DNA of 64,000 bases from an uncultured Bacteroidales bacterium (GCA_947593515.1 CANQDQ010000007.1:14484-78483); one strand, 5' to 3'. Shown: positions 37,343-50,340, counted from the first letter of the stretch. Notes: generated from the sequence alone by a model not told the origin. Numbers and translations: made by a program.

Positions 37343-37365
37343 CGCTATGCAGGGAACCGGCTCGA

Positions 37366-40300
37366 TCAGAAGTCGGTTACGCTTTTACGGTTGGCAGCCA
37401 CACGGTCGAAGTCGTCTTTCGCACCGACGATAAGGCGGTCGAATTCGCGCTGTCCCGTACCGGCAGGAATCAGGTGTCCGCAGATGACGTTTTCCTTCAT
37501 GCCTTCGAGGTAGTCGGTCTTGCCGTTGATAGCAGCCTCGTTGAGTACTTTGGTCGTCTCTTGGAAAGAGGCAGCCGACATGAAGCTCGAGGTCTGCAAA
37601 GCGGCGCGGGTGATACCTTGCAGTATCTGTTCCGACGTAGCCGACACGGCGTCACGCACCTCGACGGGGCGCAAGTCGCGGCGTTTGAGCATCGAGTTCT
37701 CATCGCGAAGTTTGCGGGCGGTAACGATTTGTCCGGGTTTGAGCACTTGCGAGTCGCCGGCATCGACAACCACTTTCTTGCCCCAAATGCGGTCGTTCTC
37801 GTCCATAAATTCGTGTTTATCGACAATCTGCTGTTCGAGGAAGCGGGTATCGCCCGGGTCGAGAATCATGACCTTGCGCATCATCTGACGCACGATTACC
37901 TCGAAGTGTTTGTCGTTGATTTTCACGCCTTGCAGACGGTAAACGTCCTGCACCTCATTGACGATGTACTCCTGTACAGCCGTCGGACCTTTGATAGCCA
38001 GAATGTCGGAAGGCGTAATGGCACCGTCGGAGAGCGGCGTACCGGCACGCACATAGTCGTTTTCCTGTACAAGAATCTGTTTCGACAGCGGCACGAGATA
38101 TTTTTTCACCTCGCCCGTCTTGGAGGTTACGGAGATTTCGCGGTTACCGCGTTTCACTTTGCCGAACGTTACTTCACCGTCGATTTCGGAAACGACGGCG
38201 GGGTTCGACGGGTTGCGAGCCTCGAACAGCTCGGTAACGCGGGGCAGACCGCCGGTAATATCGCCGGCTTTGCCTACGGCGCGCGGTATCTTCACAAACA
38301 CTTCGCCGCTCTTCAATTCCTGACCTTCGTCGATCATCAGGTGGGCACCCATAGGCAGGTTGTAGCTGCGTATCACCTCGCCTTTCTTGTCGAGGATTTG
38401 TGCCACCGGCACACGGGTGCGGTCTTTCGGTTCGATGATGATTTTTTCGCGAAGACCGGTCTGTTCGTCCGATTCCACCGTATAGGTAACGCCCTCGATG
38501 ACATTTTCGAAGCGCACCTTACCGGTAGCCTCCGATACGATAACGGCATTGAAGGGGTCCCATTCGCAGACGACGTCGCCTTTTTTCAACGTATCGCCGT
38601 TGTTGAAATAGAGTTTGGAACCGTAGGGTATATTGGTCGTAGTCAAAACGATTTTGGTATGCGGGTCGATGATGCGCATCTCCGCCAGACGACCAACGAC
38701 GATTTGCACCTTCTTGCCTGCTTCGTCCACGCTATCGACCGTACGCAACTCCTCGATTTCGAGAATACCGTCGTAACGGGAAGTTACATTGGAAACCGCC
38801 GCGATGTTGGAGGCAATACCGCCGACGTGGAACGTACGCAGCGTAAGCTGGGTACCGGGCTCGCCGATAGACTGTGCGGCGATGACGCCGACGGCTTCGC
38901 CCTGCTGCACCATGCGGTTGGTGGCAAGGTTGCGACCGTAGCACTTGGCGCATACGCCGTGCTTCGATTCGCACGTGAGCACCGAACGGATTTCCACCCG
39001 TTCGATAGGGGAATCTTCGATTTTCTTCGCTATCTCTTCGGTGATTTCTTCGCCGGAGCGCACCAGAATTTCGCCCGTCAGCGGGTGCTGTACGTCGTGT
39101 ACCGAAACACGTCCGAGTATGCGTTCGTAGAGCGAAGCAACCACTTCCTCGTTGTTCTTGATTTCGGTGCAGACAAGACCGCGCAGCGTGCCGCAGTCTT
39201 CTTCATGGATAATCACATCGTGGGCGACATCGACAAGACGGCGTGTCAGATAACCGGCATCGGCTGTCTTCAAGGCGGTATCGGCAAGACCCTTGCGGGC
39301 ACCGTGTGTGGAAATGAAGTATTCCAACACCGACAAGCCCTCTTTGAAGTTCGCCAAAATAGGGTTCTCGATAATCTGTCCGCCTTCGGCGCCCGACTTC
39401 TGCGGTTTTGCCATAAGACCGCGCATACCCGAGAGCTGGCGTATCTGCTCCTTAGAACCGCGCGCTCCGGAGTCGAGCATCATGAATACGGAGTTGAAGC
39501 CCTGATTGTCGGACGACAACTGTTTCATGAGAATATCGGAGAGCTTGGAATTGACGTGCGTCCACGTATCGATAATCTGGTTGTAGCGTTCGTTGTAGGT
39601 GATGAAGCCCATGTTGTAGTTCGCCATAATCTGCTCGACGTTGGCGTAGCCTTCATTGACAAGAGCCTCTTTTTCTTCGGGGATAATCACGTCTGCCAGA
39701 TTGAACGACAGACCGCCCTTGAATGCCATTTGGTAGCCGAGGTTCTTGATGTCGTCGAGGAATTGGGCAGCCCGTATCACGCCGCACACTTTGATGACGT
39801 TACCGATGATGTTGCGCAGCGATTTTTTGGTAAGCACCTCGTTGATGAAGCCCACTTCTTCGGGCACGAAAGCGTTGACCAAAACACGACCTACCGACGT
39901 ATCGCGCAGCACTTCGACGCGATTGCCGTTTTCGTCGAGGTCGCGCACGCGCACCTTTACAGGCGAGTGCAAGGTAACACGACCTTCGTTGTAGGCGATT
40001 TCCGCCTCCTCGGGACCGTAGAATACAAGCCCTTCGCCTTTGGCTCCCGGACGCAGTTTGGTAATGTAGTAAAGACCGAGTACCATATCCTGCGAAGGCA
40101 CGGTGATAGGAGCGCCGTTGGCAGGGTTGAGAATGTTGTGGGCGCCGAGCATCAGCATCTGGGCTTCGAGTATCGCCTCGTTGCCGAGAGGCAAGTGCAC
40201 AGCCATCTGGTCGCCGTCGAAGTCGGCATTGAACGCCGTACAGGCAAGCGGGTGCAACTGTATGGCTTTGCCCTCGATCATCTTGGGCTGGAATGCCTGA

Positions 40301-41628
40301 ATACCGAGACGGTGCAGCGTCGGGGCACGGTTGAGGAGCACGGGGTGTCCTTTCATCACGTGCTCGAGAATATCCCATACGACGGGGTCTTTGCGATCGA
40401 CGATTTTTTTCGCCGACTTCACCGTTTTCACGATACCGCGTTCTATCAGTTTGCGGATAACGAACGGTTTATACAGTTCGGCCGCCATGTTTTTCGGCAG
40501 ACCGCATTCGTACATTTTCAGTTCCGGACCTACGACGATAACCGAACGTGCGGAATAATCGACACGTTTTCCGAGCAGGTTCTGACGGAAACGTCCCTGC
40601 TTGCCTTTCAGGCTGTCGGAGAGCGATTTCAGCGGACGGTTGGCATCGGTCTTGACGGCGCTCGATTTGCGCGAGTTGTCGAGCAGTGAGTCCACCGCCT
40701 CCTGCAACATACGTTTTTCGTTGCGGAGAATCACATCGGGTGCTTTGATTTCGACCAGACGTTTGAGGCGGTTGTTGCGGATAATGACGCGACGATAGAG
40801 GTCGTTGAGGTCGGAAGTGGCGAAACGTCCGCCATCGAGCGGCACGAGGGGGCGCAGCTCCGGCGGCGTAACAGGAATGACTTTGAGAATCATCCACTCG
40901 GGACGGTTTTTGTTTTTCGATGCGCGGAACGACTCTACCACCTGCAAGCGTTTGAGAGCCTCGTTTTTACGCTGCTGCGAACCGTCCTTGCTGGCGGTGT
41001 CGCGCAGCTTGTACGACAGCTCGTCGAGGTCGAGACGCACCAAGAGGTCGTAAATAGCCTCCGCCCCCATTTTGGCGATGAACTTGTTGGGGTCGGTATC
41101 GTCGAGCATCTGATTGTCTTTGGGCAGCGAGTCGAGAACGTTGAGGTATTCCTCTTCCGTGAGAAGGTCGTAAGTCTCCAAATCTTCTTTCACGCCGGGT
41201 TGTATCACGATGTAACGCTCGTAATAGATGACGGCATCGAGTTTTTTGGAAGGCAGCCCCAGCAGATAACCTATCTTGTTGGGAAGGGAGCGGAAATACC
41301 AGATATGGGCGACGGGAACGACGAGTTTGATATGTCCCATGCGTTCGCGGCGCACTTTCTTCTCGGTAACCTCCACACCGCAGCGGTCGCACACAATGCC
41401 TTTGTAGCGTATGCGTTTATACTTTCCGCAATGGCATTCATAATCTTTTACAGGGCCGAAAATACGCTCGCAGAAAAGTCCGTCCCGTTCGGGCTTGTAG
41501 GTACGGTAGTTGATGGTTTCCGGCTTCAATACCTCACCGCTCGATTGCTCGGCGATTTCCTCCGGCGAAGCCAAACCTATCGTAATCTTCGAGAAGTTGC
41601 TCTTTACTTTATTATCTCTAAAAGCCAT
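37366..41628 (-). CDS. rpoC: DNA-directed RNA polymerase beta' subunit
   Basis: 1420 aa. Zn-finger [20 protein letters not shown] and catalytic NADFDGD. Confidence 0.98.
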   Translation of the reverse strand: MAFRDNKVKSNFSKITIGLASPEEIAEQSSGEVLKPETINYRTYKPERDGLFCERIFGPVKDYECHCGKYKRIRYKGIVCDRCGVEVTEKKVRRERMGHIKLVVPVAHIWYFRSLPNKIGYLLGLPSKKLDAVIYYERYIVIQPGVKEDLETYDLLTEEEYLNVLDSLPKDNQMLDDTDPNKFIAKMGAEAIYDLLVRLDLDELSYKLRDTASKDGSQQRKNEALKRLQVVESFRASKNKNRPEWMILKVIPVTPPELRPLVPLDGGRFATSDLNDLYRRVIIRNNRLKRLVEIKAPDVILRNEKRMLQEAVDSLLDNSRKSSAVKTDANRPLKSLSDSLKGKQGRFRQNLLGKRVDYSARSVIVVGPELKMYECGLPKNMAAELYKPFVIRKLIERGIVKTVKSAKKIVDRKDPVVWDILEHVMKGHPVLLNRAPTLHRLGIQAFQPKMIEGKAIQLHPLACTAFNADFDGDQMAVHLPLGNEAILEAQMLMLGAHNILNPANGAPITVPSQDMVLGLYYITKLRPGAKGEGLVFYGPEEAEIAYNEGRVTLHSPVKVRVRDLDENGNRVEVLRDTSVGRVLVNAFVPEEVGFINEVLTKKSLRNIIGNVIKVCGVIRAAQFLDDIKNLGYQMAFKGGLSFNLADVIIPEEKEALVNEGYANVEQIMANYNMGFITYNERYNQIIDTWTHVNSKLSDILMKQLSSDNQGFNSVFMMLDSGARGSKEQIRQLSGMRGLMAKPQKSGAEGGQIIENPILANFKEGLSVLEYFISTHGARKGLADTALKTADAGYLTRRLVDVAHDVIIHEEDCGTLRGLVCTEIKNNEEVVASLYERILGRVSVHDVQHPLTGEILVRSGEEITEEIAKKIEDSPIERVEIRSVLTCESKHGVCAKCYGRNLATNRMVQQGEAVGVIAAQSIGEPGTQLTLRTFHVGGIASNIAAVSNVTSRYDGILEIEELRTVDSVDEAGKKVQIVVGRLAEMRIIDPHTKIVLTTTNIPYGSKLYFNNGDTLKKGDVVCEWDPFNAVIVSEATGKVRFENVIEGVTYTVESDEQTGLREKIIIEPKDRTRVPVAQILDKKGEVIRSYNLPMGAHLMIDEGQELKSGEVFVKIPRAVGKAGDITGGLPRVTELFEARNPSNPAVVSEIDGEVTFGKVKRGNREISVTSKTGEVKKYLVPLSKQILVQENDYVRAGTPLSDGAITPSDILAIKGPTAVQEYIVNEVQDVYRLQGVKINDKHFEVIVRQMMRKVMILDPGDTRFLEQQIVDKHEFMDENDRIWGKKVVVDAGDSQVLKPGQIVTARKLRDENSMLKRRDLRPVEVRDAVSATSEQILQGITRAALQTSSFMSAASFQETTKVLNEAAINGKTDYLEGMKENVICGHLIPAGTGQREFDRLIVGAKDDFDRVAANRKSVTDF

Positions 41629-41701
41629 ATATTTAAGGATAACGCGTTAAAAATAATAGTTGCTCCGTTCGCCCGCAAGGGACGAACGGAACGATTGCAT
41701 A

Positions 41702-44700
41702 TTACTCCAAAGTGATGCTCAATCCGAGACCGCGCAATTCGTGCAGCAGCACGTTGAGCGATTCGGGAATACCCGGAGTAGGCATAGGCTCGCCTTTGAC
41801 GATAGCTTCGTAGGCTTTGGAACGACCTACCACATCGTCGGACTTGATGGTCAATATCTCTTGCAGGGTGTAAGCGGCACCGAAGGCTTCGAGCGCCCAA
41901 ACCTCCATTTCTCCGAAACGCTGACCGCCGAACTGCGCTTTACCGCCGAGAGGCTGCTGCGTAATCAAGGAGTACGGACCGATGGAGCGTGCGTGCATCT
42001 TGTCTTCGACCATGTGGCCGAGTTTCAACATATAGATGACGCCCACCGTAGCCGGTTGGTCGAAACGTTCGCCCGTATGGCCGTCGTAAAGATAGGTTTT
42101 ACCGTAACGCGGCAGACCGGCTTTGTCAGTCCATGCGTTGAGGTCGTCGAGTGAGGCGCCGTCGAAAATAGGCGTGGCGAATTTCTCTCCGAGCGTGGCA
42201 CCTGCCCACCCGAGCACGGTTTCAAAAATCTGTCCGAGGTTCATACGCGAAGGCACACCCAGCGGGTTCAGTACGATATCGACCGGCGTACCGTCTTCGA
42301 GGAAAGGCATATCTTCCTGACGCACGACACGCGACACGATACCCTTGTTTCCGTGCCGACCTGCCATTTTGTCGCCCACGCTTATTTTGCGTTTCTTGGC
42401 GATATACACTTTCGCCATTTGTACGATACCCGAAGGCAGTTCGTCGCCGATGGAAATATCGAATTTGCGGCGGCGCAGCTCGGCATCGTACTCTTTGTAT
42501 TTTTTCAGGTAATTCATAATGGTGGCGCGAATGAGGTCGTTCTTGGCGGCATCGGTCGTCCACTTGCTTACCTGTATCGAGGTGTAATCGATTTCCGAAA
42601 GATTCTTCTGCGTAAACTTCGCGCCTTTGGCTATGACGTCGATTCCCAAATAATCTTTCACACCCTGCGAAGTTTTGCCGCTCGTCAGCGTCATCAATTT
42701 TTCAATCAACACGCCTTTGAGCGCCTTCATCTTCTCGCCATACTCCTCGTCGAGCTGTGCCAACAAAGCGGCTTCGGGACTTTTGCCCTTGCGTTTTTTA
42801 ATGGCTTTCGAGAAGAGCGCCGTACCGATGACCACGCCTTTGAGCGACGGAGTGGCTTTGAGCGAAGCATCTTTCACATCGCCTGCCTTGTCGCCGAAGA
42901 TGGCGCGGAGCAGTTTTTCCTCCGGAGAGGGGTCGGATTCGCCCTTCGGCGTAATCTTTCCTATCATGATGTCGCCCGGCTCGATATGGGCGCCGATGCG
43001 CACGATACCGCGCTCGTCGAGGTCTTTCGTCGCGTCTTCGCTCACGTTGGGAATGTCAGAAGTCAATTCCTCCATACCGCGCTTGGTTTCACGCACTTCG
43101 AGCGAATATTCATCGACGTGTACGGAGGTGAGTATGTCTTCGCGCACGACGCGTTCGTTCAATACGATAGCGTCCTCGTAGTTGTAGCCTTTCCACGGCA
43201 TGAATGCCACTTTGAGGTTACGACCCAGCGCCAATTCGCCGTTTTCGGTCGAATAGCCTTCGGTAAGTATCTGACCGGATACCACGCGGTCGCCTTTGCG
43301 GCAAATGGGGCGCAGGTCGATCGTGGTGCTCTGATTGGTCTTGCGGAATTTCGGCAAGGTGTATTCTTTCACTGCCGGCTCGAAGCTGACAAACTCTTCG
43401 TCGGCGGTACGGTCGTAGCGGATACGTATGGTAGTGGCATCGACAAATTCGACGACACCGCTGCCTTCGGCGGTAATCTGCGTGCGCGAGTCGCGGATAA
43501 GCTGACCCTCGATGCCCGTGCCCACGATAGGAGCTTCGGGGCGCAGCAGAGGCACTGCCTGCCGCATCATGTTCGAGCCCATGAGGGCGCGGTTGGCATC
43601 GTCGTGTTCGAGGAACGGAATGAGCGATGCGGCGATAGAGGCAATCTGCATGGGCGATACGTCCATCAGCGAAACTTCATTGGGAGCAACGACGGGGAAG
43701 TCGGCATTCTGGCGCGCTTTTACGCGAGTGCGAATGAAAGTGCCGTCATCGTTAAGCGGAGCATTTCCCTGCGCGATGATATGGTTTTCTTCGACTTCTG
43801 CCGTGAGATACACCACACCGTCGTCCGAGAGATCGACTTTTCCGTTTTCGACCTTGCGATACGGAGTTTCGATGAATCCGAGATCGTTGATTTTGGCATA
43901 TACGCACAACGACGAGATAAGACCGATATTCGGACCTTCGGGCGTTTCGATAGGACATAGACGTCCGTAGTGCGTATAGTGCACGTCGCGCACTTCGAAA
44001 CCGGCGCGCTCACGCGACAGACCGCCGGGGCCGAGAGCCGACAGACGACGCTTGTGCGTCATTTCGGCAAGGGGGTTGGTCTGGTCCATGAACTGCGACA
44101 GCGCATTGGTGCCGAAGAACGTATTGATAACCGACGAAATCGTTTTGGCATTGATAAGGTCGATGGGCGTAAACACTTCGTTGTCGCGCACGTTCATGCG
44201 TTCGCGAATGGTACGCGACATACGGGCAAGACCCACGCCGAATTGGTTGTAGAGCTGTTCACCCACCGTGCGCACACGACGGTTGCTCAGGTGGTCGATG
44301 TCATCGACATCGGTTTTGGAATTGATAAGCTCTATCAAATATTTGATAATCTCAATAATATCTTCTTTGGTAAGAACTTTGATATCGGGAGATATGGTCA
44401 ATCCGAGTTTTTTGTTGATACGGTAGCGACCCACTTCGCCGAGGTCGTAGCGCTTCTCGGAGAAGAAGAGGTTGGTAATGACTTCGCGAGCGCTGGCATC
44501 GTCGGCAGGTTCGGCGTTGCGCAACTGCCGGTAGATGTAGATGACAGCCTCTTTCTCGGAGTTGCTCGGGTCTTTCTGCAACGTGTTGTAGATAATCGCG
44601 TAGTCGGAAAGATTGTTTTCCTCCTTGTGCAGCAGTATCGTAGGCACACCCGTTTCGAGAATCATGTCGATGTGCGACTCTTCGAGCACCACTTCGCGTT

Positions 44701-45514
44701 CGATGACCACTTCGTTTCGTTCTATGGAAACGACCTCGCCCGTATCTTCGTCGGCATAATCTTCCACCCATGTTCTTAACACACGGGCAGCCAGCCGGCG
44801 ACCAAGAGCTTTTTTCAAATTGCTCTTCGTAACTTTCATCTCTTCGGCAAGACCGAAGATTTCGAGAATGTCTTTATCGCTTTCAAAGCCGATGGCACGC
44901 AACAGGGTGGTTACGGGCAGCTTCTTTTTACGATCGATATAGGCATACATCACGTTGTTGATGTCGGTGGCAAACTCTATCCACGAACCTTTGAAGGGGA
45001 TAATACGCGCCGAATAAAGTTTGGTACCGTTGGCGTGAATGCTTTGTCCGAAGAATACGCCGGGAGAACGGTGCAACTGCGACACGACGACGCGCTCGGC
45101 TCCGTTGATTACGAACGTACCTTTCTCGGTCATATAGGGAATGGGACCGAGATATACGTCTTGTATGACGGTAGCGAAATCTTCGTGGTCGGGGTCGGTG
45201 CAGTAAAGTTTCAGCTTCGCTTTGAGGGGCACGCTGTACGTAAGACCGCGTTCGAGGCACTCCTCTATCGTATAGCGGGGCGGGTCGATGTAATAGTCGA
45301 GAAATTCGAGGACGAAGTTGTTGCGGGTATCGGCAATGGGGAAATTCTCTGCAAACACCTTGTAAAGCCCTTCATTTTTACGTTTCTCGGGCGGAGTATC
45401 CAATTGCAGAAAATCCTGAAACGATTTCAACTGTACTTCGAGAAAATCCGGATATTGGAGCGGATTTTTGATGGAAGCAAAGTTTACTCGCGGTTTACCT
45501 ATATTTTGAGACAT
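41702..45514 (-). CDS. rpoB: DNA-directed RNA polymerase beta subunit
   Basis: 1270 aa with canonical beta motifs throughout (e.g. [21 protein letters not shown]). Confidence 0.98.
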   Translation of the reverse strand: MSQNIGKPRVNFASIKNPLQYPDFLEVQLKSFQDFLQLDTPPEKRKNEGLYKVFAENFPIADTRNNFVLEFLDYYIDPPRYTIEECLERGLTYSVPLKAKLKLYCTDPDHEDFATVIQDVYLGPIPYMTEKGTFVINGAERVVVSQLHRSPGVFFGQSIHANGTKLYSARIIPFKGSWIEFATDINNVMYAYIDRKKKLPVTTLLRAIGFESDKDILEIFGLAEEMKVTKSNLKKALGRRLAARVLRTWVEDYADEDTGEVVSIERNEVVIEREVVLEESHIDMILETGVPTILLHKEENNLSDYAIIYNTLQKDPSNSEKEAVIYIYRQLRNAEPADDASAREVITNLFFSEKRYDLGEVGRYRINKKLGLTISPDIKVLTKEDIIEIIKYLIELINSKTDVDDIDHLSNRRVRTVGEQLYNQFGVGLARMSRTIRERMNVRDNEVFTPIDLINAKTISSVINTFFGTNALSQFMDQTNPLAEMTHKRRLSALGPGGLSRERAGFEVRDVHYTHYGRLCPIETPEGPNIGLISSLCVYAKINDLGFIETPYRKVENGKVDLSDDGVVYLTAEVEENHIIAQGNAPLNDDGTFIRTRVKARQNADFPVVAPNEVSLMDVSPMQIASIAASLIPFLEHDDANRALMGSNMMRQAVPLLRPEAPIVGTGIEGQLIRDSRTQITAEGSGVVEFVDATTIRIRYDRTADEEFVSFEPAVKEYTLPKFRKTNQSTTIDLRPICRKGDRVVSGQILTEGYSTENGELALGRNLKVAFMPWKGYNYEDAIVLNERVVREDILTSVHVDEYSLEVRETKRGMEELTSDIPNVSEDATKDLDERGIVRIGAHIEPGDIMIGKITPKGESDPSPEEKLLRAIFGDKAGDVKDASLKATPSLKGVVIGTALFSKAIKKRKGKSPEAALLAQLDEEYGEKMKALKGVLIEKLMTLTSGKTSQGVKDYLGIDVIAKGAKFTQKNLSEIDYTSIQVSKWTTDAAKNDLIRATIMNYLKKYKEYDAELRRRKFDISIGDELPSGIVQMAKVYIAKKRKISVGDKMAGRHGNKGIVSRVVRQEDMPFLEDGTPVDIVLNPLGVPSRMNLGQIFETVLGWAGATLGEKFATPIFDGASLDDLNAWTDKAGLPRYGKTYLYDGHTGERFDQPATVGVIYMLKLGHMVEDKMHARSIGPYSLITQQPLGGKAQFGGQRFGEMEVWALEAFGAAYTLQEILTIKSDDVVGRSKAYEAIVKGEPMPTPGIPESLNVLLHELRGLGLSITLE

Positions 45515-45549
45515 TGGTTAGTGAGAAGTTAATTGAACTTATAAATTAT

Positions 45550-45593
45550 AAACACAAAAAGGTAAAGAGCCCTTTATGCAAGGTCTCTTTACC
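45550..45593 (-). terminator. hairpin + T-run between rplL and rpoB (attenuator/partial terminator)
   Basis: The minus strand reads GGTAAAGAG-N15-CTCTTTACC followed by TTTTTGTGTTT. The position is analogous to the known rplL-rpoB attenuator of E. coli. Confidence 0.6.
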
Positions 45594-45618
45594 AAAAGTC
45601 CTGTTAAACAGGAATTTG

Positions 45619-45996
45619 TTATTTAAGTTCAACTTCAGCGCCAGCGTCTTCGAGCTGTTTTTTGAGCGCTTCAGCATCGGCTTTGGGCAAGCCTTCTTTG
45701 ATGGTGTTGGGAGCGCCATCGACCAAATCCTTAGCCTCTTTCAGACCCAGACCGGTCAATTCTTTAACGGCTTTGACAACTGCGAGTTTGTTAGCGCCGG
45801 CAGCTTTCAGTACAACATCGAACGATGTTTTTTCTTCGACTGCGGCAGCGCCGCCGGCTGCGGGAGCAGCAACAGCAACAGCAGCTGCGGCTGCGGGTTC
45901 AATGCCATATTCCTCTTTGAGGATTTGAGCCAACTCGTTTACTTCTTTTACGGTCAGGTTTACCAATTGTTCTGCAAAAGCTTTCAAATCTGCCAT
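45619..45996 (-). CDS. rplL: 50S ribosomal protein L7/L12
   Basis: 125 aa with an Ala-rich hinge and C-terminal [12 protein letters not shown]. Confidence 0.95.
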   Translation of the reverse strand: MADLKAFAEQLVNLTVKEVNELAQILKEEYGIEPAAAAAVAVAAPAAGGAAAVEEKTSFDVVLKAAGANKLAVVKAVKELTGLGLKEAKDLVDGAPNTIKEGLPKADAEALKKQLEDAGAEVELK

Positions 45997-46042
45997 TTTC
46001 GTATAGTTTAATTGTTATTTTACTTTGTGTTTTGTGATGTTT

Positions 46043-46555
46043 TTATCTTTCCGCCAGAGTTTTCAACACTCCGTGAATAGTGTTACCGCCGGATTGCAAT
46101 GCCGAAACGACGTTCTTAGCAGGCGATTGCAGCAATGCAATGACTTCGGCGATGAGTTCGTTCTTGCTCTTGATAGCCACCAAAGCATCGAGTTGGGTGG
46201 CATCGTAGAAACTCTCTTCTACATAGGCTGCCTTGAATGCCAGCTGGTCGTTGTCTTTTTTGAAAGACTTGATCAGTTTGGCGGGAGCGTTGCCCGTATT
46301 GGAAAGCATCAGTGTGGTAGAGCCTTTCAAGCTGTCATAGAGCGATGAATAGTCTGCATCGAGATTTTCCAGCGCTTTTTTCAACAAGGTGTTTTTTACA
46401 ACCAGCAATTTGATGTCGTTTTTGAAACACTCGCGACGCAGATTCGACGTCTTCTCGGCGTTGAGAGTAGTCGTTTCGGTCAAATAAATGTGGCTGTATT
46501 CTTTCAGAGTAGCGGTAATCTGCTCGATTACGGGACCTTTATCTTCCTTTCTCAT
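46043..46555 (-). CDS. rplJ: 50S ribosomal protein L10
   Basis: 170 aa, positioned between rplA and rplL. Confidence 0.9.
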   Translation of the reverse strand: MRKEDKGPVIEQITATLKEYSHIYLTETTTLNAEKTSNLRRECFKNDIKLLVVKNTLLKKALENLDADYSSLYDSLKGSTTLMLSNTGNAPAKLIKSFKKDNDQLAFKAAYVEESFYDATQLDALVAIKSKNELIAEVIALLQSPAKNVVSALQSGGNTIHGVLKTLAER

Positions 46556-46569
46556 AATCCGATCTTTTT

Positions 46570-47268
46570 TTAAATCTCATCTACAGATTTCGGTTCGACT
46601 TTGATACCCGCACTCATCGTGCTCGACAGATAGATACTCTTCATGTAAGTACCTTTTGCCGTAGTCGGTTTCAGCTTGTTCAGCATGGCGATGAACTCTT
46701 TTGCGTTCTCGCGAATCTGATCGGCTGTAAACGAAACTTTGCCTATCGAGGTGTGAATGATACCGTTTTTATCGACTTTGAAATCGATTTTACCTTGTTT
46801 TACTTCTTTTACGGCTTTGCCTATTTCATTGGTAACCGTACCGCTCTTGGGGTTCGGCATAAGACCGCGCGGACCCAATATACGTCCGAGAGCACCGAGT
46901 TTACCCATGATTGCCGGCTGCGTGATGATGACGTCGATATCAGTCCAACCGCCTTTGATTTTCTCGATAAATTCGTCAAGACCCACATAATCGGCACCGG
47001 CTGCCTTGGCATCGGCTTCTTGATCGGGGTTGCAAAGTGCGAGTACACGCACCTGTTTTCCGGTTCCGTGAGGAAGCGATACGACGCCTCTCACCATTTG
47101 ATTGGCTTTGCGAGGATCGACGCCCAAACGTACATCGATGTCCACCGAAGCATCGAATTTGGTAAAAGTTACATCTTTCACCAACTGTGCAGCTTCTTTC
47201 AGTGAATAGGTTTTCCCTGCTTCAATTTTCTCGGAAGCCAACTTTTGATTTTTTGTCAGTTTACTCAT
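46570..47268 (-). CDS. rplA: 50S ribosomal protein L1
   Basis: 232 aa with the LPHGTGK motif. Confidence 0.95.
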   Translation of the reverse strand: MSKLTKNQKLASEKIEAGKTYSLKEAAQLVKDVTFTKFDASVDIDVRLGVDPRKANQMVRGVVSLPHGTGKQVRVLALCNPDQEADAKAAGADYVGLDEFIEKIKGGWTDIDVIITQPAIMGKLGALGRILGPRGLMPNPKSGTVTNEIGKAVKEVKQGKIDFKVDKNGIIHTSIGKVSFTADQIRENAKEFIAMLNKLKPTTAKGTYMKSIYLSSTMSAGIKVEPKSVDEI

Positions 47269-47283
47269 GTCAATTGAAGTTTA

Positions 47284-47727
47284 TCAGTTATTGGTCGGGA
47301 ATTCCCCACTTACGGATATGCCCATACTCCGTGCTGTACCAGCAACCATTCTCATAGCCGACTCGATGGTGAAGCAGTTGAGATCGACCATCTTGTCTTG
47401 CGCTATCGCCTTTACCTGCTCCCACGTGATGGCAGCCACCTTTTTACGGTTCGGCTCGGCTGAACCGCTTTTTTGTTTGGCAGCTTCCAGCAGCTGTATT
47501 GCTACGGGAGGGGTCTTTACGACAAAATCGAAAGATTTATCGGCATAATACGTAATGATTACGGGCAATACTTTTCCGGCTTTGTCTTGCGTACGGGCAT
47601 TGAATTGCTTGCAAAACTCCATAATATTGATACCCTTCGAGCCTAATGCCGGTCCGACGGGAGGAGATGGGTTTGCTGCACCTCCTTTAATCTGCAATTT
47701 GATTTGTCCAGCAATTTCTTTAGCCAT
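47284..47727 (-). CDS. rplK: 50S ribosomal protein L11
   Basis: 147 aa containing [20 protein letters not shown]. Confidence 0.95.
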   Translation of the reverse strand: MAKEIAGQIKLQIKGGAANPSPPVGPALGSKGINIMEFCKQFNARTQDKAGKVLPVIITYYADKSFDFVVKTPPVAIQLLEAAKQKSGSAEPNRKKVAAITWEQVKAIAQDKMVDLNCFTIESAMRMVAGTARSMGISVSGEFPTNN

Positions 47728-47786
47728 TGTTTTTTACATTTTGATTGTTAATGCGAAAGCATAGAACAGTACGTAACACTTCTGCC

Positions 47787-48326
47787 CTATTCCTTCGATA
47801 CCTGCATGAATCCCAATTCCAACGGAGTTTTGCGTCCGAAGATTTTGACCATTACTTTGAGTTTCTTTTTCTCGTTGTTCACCTCCTCGATGACACCGCT
47901 GAATCCGTTGAAAGGGCCGAAAGTTACTTTCACCGTTTCGCCTACGATGTAGGGAATCGTGATTTCTTCGGCGTCTTGCACGGCATCGACGGCACCAAGC
48001 ATACGGTTTACTTCCGACGGACGCAACGGGTCGGGACACGTGGTTCCGCCCAAAAAGCCGAGTACGTTGGTCGTGTTCCGCAGGCGATGAGGCACTTCAC
48101 CTACGAGCGTCGCCTCGACAAAAACATATCCCGGATAGAGGTTTCTCTCCTTGATGACTTTCTTGCCGTTGCGCACGGAATAGACTTTTTCGGTGGGTAT
48201 CAATACCTGATAGACAAAGTCGCCAAGGTTGGTATTCTTGATTTCTGCATCAAGATATTCCTTTACCTTGCCTTCTTTTCCGCTAATGGCACGCAAAACG
48301 TACCAGCCTCTTTTTTGCTCAGACAT
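47787..48326 (-). CDS. nusG: transcription termination/antitermination factor NusG
   Basis: 179 aa. NGN domain [14 protein letters not shown] and a KOW domain at the C-terminus. Confidence 0.9.
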   Translation of the reverse strand: MSEQKRGWYVLRAISGKEGKVKEYLDAEIKNTNLGDFVYQVLIPTEKVYSVRNGKKVIKERNLYPGYVFVEATLVGEVPHRLRNTTNVLGFLGGTTCPDPLRPSEVNRMLGAVDAVQDAEEITIPYIVGETVKVTFGPFNGFSGVIEEVNNEKKKLKVMVKIFGRKTPLELGFMQVSKE

Positions 48327-48341
48327 TGTACGACCTCCGAA

Positions 48342-48536
48342 TTAGAAAATTTTGCCGTAGATAAACTCCATAAGATGCTCAAAGCCCTGATCCATCACAA
48401 ATATCACTATGGCGATGATAAGGGAAGCAAACATAACCACCACAGCGCTATTGCTCAGTTCCGAGCGGGTCGGCCAGGAAACTTTATAAACGAGTTCGTT
48501 GTACGACTCTTTTATATTTGCAAGTATTCTTTTCAT
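48342..48536 (-). CDS. secE: preprotein translocase subunit SecE
   Basis: 64 aa with a single C-terminal TM helix, between tRNA-Trp and nusG. Confidence 0.85.
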   Translation of the reverse strand: MKRILANIKESYNELVYKVSWPTRSELSNSAVVVMFASLIIAIVIFVMDQGFEHLMEFIYGKIF

Positions 48537-48552
48537 TTTATATCGATTTTTG

Positions 48553-48625
48553 CACGGGTCGAGAGACTCGAACTCCCGACACCTGGTTTTGGAGACCAGT
48601 GCTCTACCAACTGAGCTAGACCCGT
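48553..48625 (-). tRNA. tRNA-Trp (CCA)
   Basis: Hand-folded cloverleaf: ACGGGTC/GACCCGT acceptor stem and anticodon loop CTCCAAA. Confidence 0.85.
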
Positions 48626-48698
48626 AAACATCGGTAAGCCTCTCGTTCCGGCTTAGAATAAGAGGCCTACCTATGTCAGTATCGAATTCCTTCGATTA

Positions 48699-49886
48699 TT
48701 AGTCCAGAATCTCAGTAATCTGACCGGAACCTACGGTACGTCCGCCTTCACGGATAGCGAAGCGCAAACCTACGCTGCAAGCAACCGGATAGATAAGTTC
48801 TACACTGATGGTTACGTGGTCGCCCGGCATTACCATTTCGGTGCCTTCGGGGAGCGTAATTTCACCCGTAACGTCGAGGGTACGGATATAGAACTGAGGA
48901 CGATAGTGGTTGTGGAACGGCGTGTGGCGACCACCTTCTTCTTTCTTCAAGATATAAACTTGAGCTTTGAATTTCGAGTGAGGTTTCACCTGACCCGGGT
49001 GGCAGATTACCATACCGCGTTTTACTTCGTTCTTGTCGATACCGCGGAGGAGCAGACCTACGTTATCGCCGGCTTCACCTTGATCGAGCAGTTTGCGGAA
49101 CATTTCGACACCGGTAACAACCGATTTCTTGCCGTCTGCGCCGAGACCGATGATTTGTACTTCATCGCCGACTTTGATGACACCCGTTTCGATACGACCG
49201 GTAGCAACAGTACCACGACCGGTAATCGAGAAGACGTCTTCAACAGGCATCAGGAAGGGTTTATCGATATCGCGCGGAGGCAGGGGAATCCATTCGTCCA
49301 CAGCGTTCATCAGTTCCATAACTTTTTCTTCCCATTGGGGTTCGCCGTTGAGAGCGCCGAGTGCAGAACCGCGGATAACGGGCGTGTTGTCTCCGTCGTA
49401 TTCATACGAAGAGAGGAGTTCGCGCATTTCCATTTCTACGAGTTCGAGCATCTCTTCGTCATCGACCATATCGCATTTGTTCATGAAAACGACGATACGG
49501 GGAACGTTCACTTGACGAGCGAGAAGAATGTGTTCGCGAGTTTGGGGCATGGGACCGTCGGTAGCAGCCACAACGATGATGGCACCGTCCATCTGGGCAG
49601 CACCGGTAACCATGTTCTTTACATAGTCGGCGTGTCCCGGGCAGTCCACATGTGCATAGTGGCGTTTCTCGGTTTCATACTCAACGTGAGCGGTATTGAT
49701 GGTAATACCACGCTCTTTTTCCTCAGGAGCGTTATCGATTTGATCGAAAGAGCGCACTTCGGAAAGACCTTTTTTTGCAAGCACGGTCGTGATAGCGGCG
49801 GTCAAGGTCGTTTTACCATGGTCAACGTGTCCGATCGTACCGATGTTTACGTGCGGCTTGGTCCTTTGAAATTGTTCTTTAGCCAT
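48699..49886 (-). CDS. tuf: elongation factor Tu
   Basis: 395 aa with [15 protein letters not shown] and NKCD. Confidence 0.98.
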   Translation of the reverse strand: MAKEQFQRTKPHVNIGTIGHVDHGKTTLTAAITTVLAKKGLSEVRSFDQIDNAPEEKERGITINTAHVEYETEKRHYAHVDCPGHADYVKNMVTGAAQMDGAIIVVAATDGPMPQTREHILLARQVNVPRIVVFMNKCDMVDDEEMLELVEMEMRELLSSYEYDGDNTPVIRGSALGALNGEPQWEEKVMELMNAVDEWIPLPPRDIDKPFLMPVEDVFSITGRGTVATGRIETGVIKVGDEVQIIGLGADGKKSVVTGVEMFRKLLDQGEAGDNVGLLLRGIDKNEVKRGMVICHPGQVKPHSKFKAQVYILKKEEGGRHTPFHNHYRPQFYIRTLDVTGEITLPEGTEMVMPGDHVTISVELIYPVACSVGLRFAIREGGRTVGSGQITEILD

Positions 49887-49928
49887 AATAGTTATTTTTT
49901 AATATGAATGTTTTTCTCTGATTCCACT

Positions 49929-50003
<75 letters not shown>

Positions 50004-50009
50004 ATTTCG

Positions 50010-50082
50010 AGCGGGAAACGGGACTCAAACCCGCGACCCTCAGCTTGGAAGGCTGATGCTCTATCAACTGAGCTACTCCCGC
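50010..50082 (-). tRNA. tRNA-Gly (TCC)
   Basis: Hand-folded: GCGGGAG acceptor stem and anticodon loop CTTCCAA. Confidence 0.8.
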
Positions 50083-50092
50083 AACAGTTTTG

Positions 50093-50175
50093 TGGGCGAA
50101 GATGGATTCGAACCACCGAAGTCGTAAGACAGCAGATTTACAGTCTGCCCCATTTGGCCACTCTGGTATTCGCCC
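50093..50175 (-). tRNA. tRNA-Tyr (GTA), long variable arm
   Basis: Hand-folded: GGGCGAA/TTCGCCC acceptor stem, anticodon loop CTGTAAA, 83 nt. Confidence 0.8.
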
Positions 50176-50292
50176 TTTCACGCTTCCCGCACTGACAGAC
50201 AGAGGCATTCGCCTCCTCCTGCCCGACGGGAAACGATATGTATTTGCACCCGTTCGCTGTTGCAGGAGTTTTTCAGCGGCAAGAAACGGGTG

Positions 50293-50300
50293 CAAATTTA
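50293..50300 (-). promoter_or_regulatory. -7 promoter box TAAATTTG upstream of the tRNA-tuf cluster
   Basis: The reverse complement of caaattta matches TAnnTTTG. It lies about 118 nt upstream of the tRNA-Tyr 5' end and overlaps one arm of a 13-bp inverted repeat. Confidence 0.35.
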
Positions 50301-50340
50301 GAGATAAAAAATTTAATCCGCAAAATATTTTCGGATTTTT

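Noticed and set aside
37474-40689. Very long ORFs antisense to, or out of frame with, real genes. Examples: 1071 aa opposite rpoC, 535 aa opposite rpoB, 515 aa across nuoH/nuoCD, 442 aa opposite trpS, 369 aa opposite argC, and 402 aa opposite xseA.
   Set aside because: Their products are low-complexity and Arg/Gly/His/Val-rich with no motifs. Each fully overlaps an unmistakable conserved gene. Stop-poor antisense frames are expected in GC-rich coding DNA.
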